Below, piece by piece: positions 57,832 through 64,000 of a DNA stretch of 64,000 nt; positions within the stretch are counted from its first letter, which is position 1; each line of letters starts with the position of its first letter. This DNA comes from Parcubacteria group bacterium (lineage in GTDB: Bacteria; Patescibacteriota; Minisyncoccia; Moranbacterales; UBA11712). Location of the stretch: positions 2,406 through 66,405 of the forward strand of contig JBAZYY010000004.1 in NCBI GenBank assembly GCA_041659065.1, in the 5' to 3' direction. Under the pieces are notes generated by a model. That model saw nothing but the letters and a program-made list of their open reading frames with translations, made no database searches and was not told the DNA's origin. Position numbers and translations under genes: made by a program.

Positions 57832-58824
57832 TTATTTTTTTATGCGAAGTGTTAACTTATGCGCATTCCCGTGCGAAAGCAATCCGAGATACGAGGCGAT
57901 TGATTCCGACGCGGAATTATTCTTTATTCTTTTCATCATCCTTTTCTTTGTGCTCGTCCGTAAAACTCTGTGATGCGGAAAATTGACCCAGCCGAGAAAA
58001 TCCACTCCGGAGGAAAAAGTTCTGACAAAAAATTTTTCAGGATGCAATGAAAGCGCCAATCTTCCATCCAGAAATTTCCCAATTCTGGGAATGAGATTCT
58101 CTAGATAAAATCTGTTTTTGTGAAGAATGACAAAGTCATCGGCGTAGCGGATATAATATTTTACTTTCAATATCCGTTTCATAAACTGGTCAAATTCGTT
58201 CATATAAATATTCACGAAAAGCTGGCTGGTGAGATTGCCGAGTGGCAGGCCGACGCCGATTTTGCCTTTCGCGCCAAAACTTTCAATCACCTGCGCCAAA
58301 AGCCACGAAACATCCTCGTCCGCGATATGTTTCGCCAGAATATTTTTCAAAATTTGATGGTTAATATTGGCGAAAAATTTTCGGATGTCACACTTCAAAA
58401 TCCAACAAGTTTTTGTGTTATTCTTGGAAACCCTCATTCCAAAACGCCGGAAACGCCTGATTGCCCGACGTGTCCCTTTCCCGATCCGGCAGGAATACGA
58501 ATCAAAAATGAACTTGCGGTCGAAATAAGAATACAAAATTCGGTAAATCGCGTGATGGACAAGCCGGTCGCGCACACTGGCTTTGTGAATGTCCCGCGGC
58601 TTCGGATCATTTATTTTGAAAGCCTGGTAGTCGCCATGCCGATAAGCTTTACTCGCGAGTTCACGGTGAAGGACGAGAATATTGTCTAAAAAATTCAGCG
58701 AAAATTCGGCCACATCTTTTCTTTTTCTTTTTCCGCGCAAAAACTCCCGCCAGGATTCGAGCAAATTTTCCACGGATATGATATTATCATAAGTATGATG
58801 AAGCCTTTTAATCCCCCCCCCCAT
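57832..58824 (-). CDS. DGR-type reverse transcriptase
   Basis: RT motifs 1-7 with catalytic YADD (IRYADDFVIL) and the DGR-RT hallmark LGNLTSQ in motif 4. GGAGGG SD before the ATG at 58824. A TR lies ~400 nt upstream on the same strand. Confidence 0.9.
   Translation of the reverse strand: MGGGIKRLHHTYDNIISVENLLESWREFLRGKRKRKDVAEFSLNFLDNILVLHRELASKAYRHGDYQAFKINDPKPRDIHKASVRDRLVHHAIYRILYSYFDRKFIFDSYSCRIGKGTRRAIRRFRRFGMRVSKNNTKTCWILKCDIRKFFANINHQILKNILAKHIADEDVSWLLAQVIESFGAKGKIGVGLPLGNLTSQLFVNIYMNEFDQFMKRILKVKYYIRYADDFVILHKNRFYLENLIPRIGKFLDGRLALSLHPEKFFVRTFSSGVDFLGWVNFPHHRVLRTSTKKRMMKRIKNNSASESIASYLGLLSHGNAHKLTLRIKK
58813..58822 (-). repeat. Homopolymeric tract C10 (G10 on the coding strand) inside the start of the RT ORF
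   Basis: Forward strand reads atCCCCCCCCCCat. The minus strand reads ATGGGGGGGGGGATT, encoding M-G-G-G-I. Confidence 0.9.
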
Positions 58825-58897
58825 TCCCTCCGGCAGAGCCTCGATTCTTCAGCGAATCAAAGAGGGATATTTGATATGGCTTTCTATTGTTCCGCAT

Positions 58898-59197
58898 ATG
58901 CAAAAGGGCGCGCGCTATACCATCGGCGCCAGAATTGAAAACAAATTTCTCGATTTACTGGAACTGGCGCATATCACTTACTTTTCCAAAAAAGAGGGGA
59001 AGATTGAAAAAATTTCCGATTGTATTTTTCTTTTGGATAAAATCAAATTTCTTGTTTCCGTTGCCTGGGATGGAAAATTGATTTCCAACCGGCATTTTGA
59101 GGAAATCGCCGCCAAACTTGATGAGACGGGCCGGATGCTATGGGGATGGAAGGAAAAAATAAAAAAGAGCCCCGAAAAGAAAAACCGCGATTTGTGA
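58898..59197 (+). CDS. Avd-like accessory (helical bundle) protein candidate, on the opposite strand to the RT and target
   Basis: 99-aa helical ORF (MQKGARYTIGARIENKFLDLLELAHITYF...ISNRHFEEIAAKLDETGRMLWGWKEKIKK). Its C-terminal helices resemble the four-helix-bundle/Avd family. It lies between the RT and the TR. Confidence 0.4.
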   Translation: MQKGARYTIGARIENKFLDLLELAHITYFSKKEGKIEKISDCIFLLDKIKFLVSVAWDGKLISNRHFEEIAAKLDETGRMLWGWKEKIKKSPEKKNRDL

Positions 59198-59217
59198 ACG
59201 CGGAAGAAAAAGAAAGC

Positions 59218-59349
59218 ACTTTCGGAGGCGGAAGACAAACTCATTGTCGAGATTCCACCTGTTCGATGGATTCGTCCAGTTGTTGTCAAGCCAAAAACCG
59301 TCGTCGTTCCGGTTCACGTTGAAAACGTTCAAGTCGCCGTCGGAGTCGA
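59218..59349 (-). repeat. DGR template repeat (TR), 132 bp
   Basis: Aligns to 59769-59900 with about 15 differences. Every difference is at a position where the TR coding (minus) strand has A. In the VR frame the TR would encode DGDLNVFNVNRNDDGFWLDNNWTNPSNRWNLDNEFVFRLRK, which is AAC-codon rich. Confidence 0.85.
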
Positions 59350-59766
59350 TTTTGCGTGCCACGCCATCCGTTCCACTGCCTGCGCGATTCGGCGCAACGC
59401 TGTATTTTATTTGCGATCTAAAATCGACCAGCGCGGCACACCAAGTCTTTTCTTTTTTGAAAAGCACGGCGCAAATCCTCCGCGGAAAGTCTTGACCGTT
59501 CGCGTTCTCAATTTGCGCTTGCGGGAAAGGTCTCGAATAGCCGTGGCCATTCGATGCAACCGATCCAAGTTTATTTTATCCTCACGTCAAATTTTTTACA
59601 AGTTTCGAATGTTTGTTGAGAGTGCTTGATATTGATGCGGGACTATGCCAAAAAATTGCGTCGCCCGCCCACGGCGGAAAAAAATCAAAGCGTCAAAGAT
59701 TCAAAGTGTCCCGCCTACGCTAAAGCTTCGGCGGGCAAAATTTTCAAAGAGACAAAGTTTCTAAGA

Positions 59767-61761
59767 TTACTTGCGGAGGCGGAAGACAAACTCATGGTCG
59801 AGATGCCACCTGTTCGATGGATTCGTCCAGCTGATGCCAAGCCAAAAACCGTCGTCGCTCCGGCGCACGCGGAAAACGCTCAAGTCGCCGCCGGAGCCGA
59901 AAATCTGTTTCATGGCGATTCGCAAATACTCGTACATCGGCTGTTCTCTTTGGAAAACTTCTTCGTATTTCAGCCTCAAATGTGGTCCGACTTCCGGCGG
60001 ACAGAGTTCCAATCCCAATTCTTCCGCTCTCTTATATAATTCATCTGTAGTCGGATTTTCAGTGAATCCCAGATCCCTCACCTTGAGGCGAACTAGGTCG
60101 ATAGTTTCTGGATTTTTCAATCTTTCTTGGATGGAGACGGTGAAATCCTTGTGCTTCATCATGCTTTCGGCGTACGAACTTATTTGATAATTTCTGCCTT
60201 GCTCATCTTTTTTGTTTTCAATTTCTTTTTTCAGTTCTTCTTCCGTCATGCCGCCAATTTCGATTTTCCCTTGATCTATTTTGCCTTCAGGAAAAGAGGT
60301 ATAGATATGTTCAATATTGTATTTTTGGATCAGGTCGAAAATACCGGACTCCAATCTTCCGATATACGCTTTTGTATTTCCGGTGATATCCTCTTGCTTC
60401 CAGGCAATTTCTTCCGGTTGACATTCAAAAACAATCGGAGCGTCTTCTTTTGGCTTTCTGGTTTTTCGGATTTCCTCGATGCGGGGATCCTTTTGAAGGC
60501 CGAAATATTTGATTGGCCGGTCTATTTCATAAATAAAGACCAGCTCCTCTCGGCTTAGCGGAACTCTCGCGGATATCTTTTTGTCAATTGCCGTGAGAAA
60601 TTTCATATCCCGGTCAATTTCAAAAAATTCTTCGCCGCCGGGAAAAGTTTTCAGCTTATCGCTGATGATGTTCGATTCCTTGATGTATTTGTCAACATTT
60701 TCCTCCCATTCGATGCCGCGGACTTCCATCACTTTTTTGTCCTTTTCAACAACAACCACCCGGGGGATCGAAAATTGGCCGTCACGATCACGGGTATAAT
60801 AAATATGGAGATTGCCCGATTCAAGATATTGTCCAGCTATCTGCTCTCCGGCAATGCACCAGCCGGAACCTTTGCCCTGCAAAGTTTCTGTCAAATTTTT
60901 CGGTTCGCTGCCTTGCTCATAAACGACCCATTGGCCTTCCGTGATTTGCATTTCTTCTTCGCTGATGGGCGGAAGATATTCCTGACCCCAGCCGTATAAA
61001 GCGCGGAAATCTTTCTGTTCGAGGTGCTTTCGAAATGCTTGTCTGGCTTCTTCCGGAATATCATAGCGAAAACTTATGTCTTTATTTTCCGATTGCGCCT
61101 TATATGCCTTGGCGATAAATTCCAGCACCCGATCGTTGACTTCGGGAAACATTTTTACCGATCTCTGCTTTCCGGTTGAACGTTCGGGAAATTTACCGGA
61201 AATTCCTTTTTCTTTGTCTCCTTTTTTATATCGTTCCAATCGGAGCATGCCCTGAAACGCCCAGTATTTGAGATAATCGGGCAAATATGAAGATTTTTCC
61301 GAAGCCAGATAATCAATCCACTCTTCTAGAGATCCCTTTTGATCTTCTTTTGTCTGGACGAGATGCTCCAGCTTGATCTTTAGTTTTTGTTCCTCGGACA
61401 ATTCTTGCCAGTCTCCCGCTTCGCCGCGCGATCGAACCACCCGCATTTGAGCTTGCCAGTAGCTTTCAGGAATGTCTTCCACTCTGACAACATAAGAATC
61501 AATTAATATTTTCTTGAGAGCGTTAATGCCTCGTTTTCTATCTTTTTGGTCGTTGCGATCCATGATTTCCTTGAAACGGTCTAAGTAATTCTGAATTTGC
61601 GCTTCGAATTGATCAAGTTTCGGATATTTCGAATCAGCTGCTTCATGCGTTCTCTTTTCCGTCCGTTTTGCCGCCTTTTGCGCTTCGGGGCTTTTCGCGA
61701 GCAAGGGGAATCGCTCCTTGATAAATTTGGAATTTTGTTCGAATGAATCGTATTTTTCCAT
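59767..61761 (-). CDS. DGR target protein (664 aa), VR in the last ~43 codons; no obvious signal peptide
   Basis: Long ORF ending TAA at 59767-59769. Its C-terminus overlaps the VR. The N-terminal 600 aa are unannotatable and hydrophilic. Confidence 0.85.
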   Translation of the reverse strand: MEKYDSFEQNSKFIKERFPLLAKSPEAQKAAKRTEKRTHEAADSKYPKLDQFEAQIQNYLDRFKEIMDRNDQKDRKRGINALKKILIDSYVVRVEDIPESYWQAQMRVVRSRGEAGDWQELSEEQKLKIKLEHLVQTKEDQKGSLEEWIDYLASEKSSYLPDYLKYWAFQGMLRLERYKKGDKEKGISGKFPERSTGKQRSVKMFPEVNDRVLEFIAKAYKAQSENKDISFRYDIPEEARQAFRKHLEQKDFRALYGWGQEYLPPISEEEMQITEGQWVVYEQGSEPKNLTETLQGKGSGWCIAGEQIAGQYLESGNLHIYYTRDRDGQFSIPRVVVVEKDKKVMEVRGIEWEENVDKYIKESNIISDKLKTFPGGEEFFEIDRDMKFLTAIDKKISARVPLSREELVFIYEIDRPIKYFGLQKDPRIEEIRKTRKPKEDAPIVFECQPEEIAWKQEDITGNTKAYIGRLESGIFDLIQKYNIEHIYTSFPEGKIDQGKIEIGGMTEEELKKEIENKKDEQGRNYQISSYAESMMKHKDFTVSIQERLKNPETIDLVRLKVRDLGFTENPTTDELYKRAEELGLELCPPEVGPHLRLKYEEVFQREQPMYEYLRIAMKQIFGSGGDLSVFRVRRSDDGFWLGISWTNPSNRWHLDHEFVFRLRK
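59769..59900 (-). repeat. DGR variable repeat (VR) at the 3' end of the target gene
   Basis: Encodes GGDLSVFRVRRSDDGFWLGISWTNPSNRWHLDHEFVFRLRK. The residues that differ from the TR translation are exactly the Asn (AAC) codons of the TR. Confidence 0.85.
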
Positions 61762-61824
61762 GATCTCAATATAGCATAAACTGCGATTGTTTCAATAGCT
61801 TGAAAATGTCAAAACAAAATCCCG

Positions 61825-61855
61825 CCTTTGCGATAACGAAAGGCGGGATATTTTT
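61825..61855. terminator. Terminator hairpin between the CAP-domain gene and the DGR target gene
   Basis: ATCCCGCCTTTgcgataacgAAAGGCGGGAT, an 11-bp stem with T-runs on both sides. Confidence 0.55.
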
Positions 61856-62100
61856 GTCTTTTTTTGCCTCAACGGCTAAAGATAAGGACACTTATCTTTT
61901 TAATTTATTAACACTTTTTTGTGTTTTATTTCACCCGCTGGAAACTCCGCTTTAATTTTTTTATTCCCAAATTCGGACAAACCGATATTTTAATCAAAAC
62001 TGATTCCTTGATAAAAAAGACCAAAGCGGATAGATATTTAATTTTAAAAGAGCTTTAGTTTCTTTGTTTTGATATCAACGCATACTTATTGGATTAATTA

Positions 62101-63423
62101 TTAATGATACCATGGCCAATGGTTGCTATTCGTTGTTGAAGCAAGCGCCCGGTTGATTCCCAACATTTCAGCTATCTTATCCGTGAGCCCGCCCTGCTTT
62201 GATGGAATATATAAACCCGCCAAATTTATTTGCTTCGTAGCGGTATTACCCGCACGGTCAGAAACCTTAATCGCGCTCAGTGCTTCTCTTCGCGGAATTT
62301 TTAGCAGTGCAGCCTGATCCTGCAGAGTGTAAACCGTAGCGCCCCCAAGCTCATAAGTGCAACCAGGTTCACTCGATTTCACTTCCGCAAGAAGCTCCTC
62401 CGCGCCATTTTCTTCTCCGAAAATATGATAATTAACTTCCGGCTTGGTTCTATCAACCGTAACCTTGATCTCATTAAGCGAGAGCCTGGCTCTATTTCCT
62501 ACCGCATCAATTTGGGAATAACTTTTTGCTTGAAGCCTGTGCTCACCCTCCTTAGGCTGCACCAGCTCTGTTTCAAACCAGCCTTTTTCGTCAGCCATAG
62601 TTGAAGCAAACGATTTACCGTTATCTTGGACTTCTATTTTTTCTTTTGGCAAGGCTCTGCCGAAAATCGCCATAACGTCTCCTGATACGTAAGCGCCATC
62701 TTGAGGGTTGGTAATTATCGGTGAAAAAGAATTATTCGCGCTAATCGTTCCGTCTTCCGGAAGAAGCGGGTACTCGATTTTAATTTTATCCTTTTGCGCC
62801 TTCTTTTCCTTAGGCTGAGCAGCGGGCGGCAAAGGATTTTTTTTGTCTCCTGACCCGAACAATACCACAACCAAAATTGTGTCATGGCCGTTAATTTTTC
62901 CCTTTTCTACAGCCACTCCGATTTCTTTATACTTTTCATTAAGGATATTTGCCCTGTGCGTAGGGCTGTCCAGCCACGCTTGGTGCATTTTTTCGGAAGA
63001 CGAAAAATCCATGGCCAAATTTTCCCCGGCGTAGTCATAATCATATTGCTCTTTATCTATCCAATGCCAAGGAGTCAGCCCTTCCGGCGAGTTATGAGAG
63101 AAGTAGTCGTGCCCGATCATATCTTTAGCTTTATCTTCGGCTGCCTTGGATAATCTCGCGTTTTCCAAAAGAGCCTTTTCTCCGTTCTCCGCTCGTGTCG
63201 CGTTAGTCAGATCGATTACTCTGGAACTGGAGATATCCGATACTTTCACCTCCGCGCTGGCAAATGAAAACATAACCCCGAAAAGCAGTGCGAGGCTCAA
63301 TAAAAATTCAACTCCAAAAAAATCGAATATGGAAGAAAAATATTCCCCTTTTGCAATTGAGTCCACCCGTCCTTGTTGTATCGCGCATTTTTCAGAATAA
63401 TGCATTCTTGAGGTGAAGCTCAC
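62101..63423 (-). CDS. Membrane-anchored or secreted CAP/SCP (PR-1-like) domain protein
   Basis: Signal-anchor LLSLALLFGVMFSFASA. CAP signature HDYFSHNSPEGLTPWHWI...GENLA...AWLDSPTHRANIL. Confidence 0.7.
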   Translation of the reverse strand: MSFTSRMHYSEKCAIQQGRVDSIAKGEYFSSIFDFFGVEFLLSLALLFGVMFSFASAEVKVSDISSSRVIDLTNATRAENGEKALLENARLSKAAEDKAKDMIGHDYFSHNSPEGLTPWHWIDKEQYDYDYAGENLAMDFSSSEKMHQAWLDSPTHRANILNEKYKEIGVAVEKGKINGHDTILVVVLFGSGDKKNPLPPAAQPKEKKAQKDKIKIEYPLLPEDGTISANNSFSPIITNPQDGAYVSGDVMAIFGRALPKEKIEVQDNGKSFASTMADEKGWFETELVQPKEGEHRLQAKSYSQIDAVGNRARLSLNEIKVTVDRTKPEVNYHIFGEENGAEELLAEVKSSEPGCTYELGGATVYTLQDQAALLKIPRREALSAIKVSDRAGNTATKQINLAGLYIPSKQGGLTDKIAEMLGINRALASTTNSNHWPWYH

Positions 63424-63836
63424 CCAGACTTCGATTTAAAATTTTTATCTTTGTTTTTTACCGTCTTGCCGCCATTCTCCATCTGGCGGTCCGGTTTCAG
63501 AAAAATTCAGGCAATCAAAAAAGCGATTCACCACCCATAGTAAATCACCCTTTAGCTTCGTGAAATACAACCCGGGGGCGGCATTCCGCTGAAGCATTGA
63601 AGATCCCCTTTATTGCCCACCTGTAGGTAGGCGGGGATTCAACATTACCCTACTATTATATAATTAATTTTACTAAATGTCAATTATGTTCTGCTAATTT
63701 TTCTCGCATTTACTTGACAGATATTTAACCCGATTTGAGAAATAATAAAATTAATTTTTTTGTTACCTCGCGCAAACTTCCCGACTTTTAAAATTTTCCT
63801 ATCCAATATTACGAGACGTTAATAAAAAAACTGAAC

Positions 63837-64000
63837 TAATAATCCTTCAGCATTTTTTTGAATCCGTCCGCGTAAAACAGCACGCGATCGGAATACCATG
63901 AATACCTTTCCCAGTTGGCTCCGGCAAGATACATTCCGGCCGCTTTTGCCCATGCCTTCCTGTCGCTGCCGGTCACGCCATTCACGCCGGCAAGCTTTAT
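63837..64000 (-). CDS. 3' end of an unidentified gene running off the window
   Basis: Open frame to TAG (forward cta at 63837-63839). Tail ...AGMYLAGANWERYSWYSDRVLFYADGFKKMLKDY. Confidence 0.35.

Larger units (their letters stand above)
57832..61761 (-). mobile_element. Diversity-generating retroelement cassette: target(VR) - GC hairpins - TR - avd-like (opposite strand) - RT
   Basis: Combination of the features above; this is the canonical DGR order on the minus strand. Confidence 0.85.

Noticed and set aside
59138-59467. 109-aa minus-strand ORF spanning the TR
   Set aside because: Its conserved part is simply the TR read in the VR frame. It has no start context and is not an independent gene.
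63424-63836. GC-rich patches in the intergenic region upstream of the CAP-domain gene, considered as a possible ncRNA or riboswitch
   Set aside because: Only short imperfect hairpins are present. There are no T-loop, RNase P, SRP or tmRNA consensus blocks that I can recognise, so the evidence is insufficient.

Overview
AT-rich bacterial window with compact, mostly minus-strand gene order. The gene content (short UvrC, LysRS with an extension, GT-C transferases, free-standing four-helix-bundle gene, a DGR) looks like a CPR/Patescibacteria-type genome. Most of the window is housekeeping. Recognisable genes are an EmrA/EmrB-like efflux pair, nth, guaB, tsaC, uvrC/uvrA/uvrB, a RimK-like ATP-grasp module, serS, lysS, greA, mreBCD-mrdA, rseP, frr, holB, two GT4 and two GT-C glycosyltransferases, a second mreB paralog and murA, plus tRNA-Arg(CCG) with a tRNA-like half-copy beside it. 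Two accessory regions stand out. The first (57.8-61.8 kb) is a complete diversity-generating retroelement. It has a reverse transcriptase with the [LIV]GxxxSQ motif, a 132-bp TR/VR pair showing about 15 adenine-specific differences, and a 664-aa target protein carrying the VR at its C-terminus. The RT start codon is followed by a homopolymeric G tract, and an Avd-like gene lies on the opposite strand. The second (18.6-28.9 kb) is a tightly packed eight-gene minus-strand operon of unannotatable proteins (555, 684 and 803 aa, two acidic small proteins, a four-helix-bundle protein and a small Pro/Glu-rich ORF). The operon ends in a membrane-anchored FtsK/TraG/VirD4-superfamily translocase ATPase, and I propose it as a candidate undescribed system. 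Minor findings include a palindromic operator upstream of uvrA, a 37-aa Cys-rich mini-ORF with its own terminator, a retropepsin-7TM/ATP-grasp pair, a LysRS C-terminal extension, and a tandem palindromic insert inside a GT4 gene.
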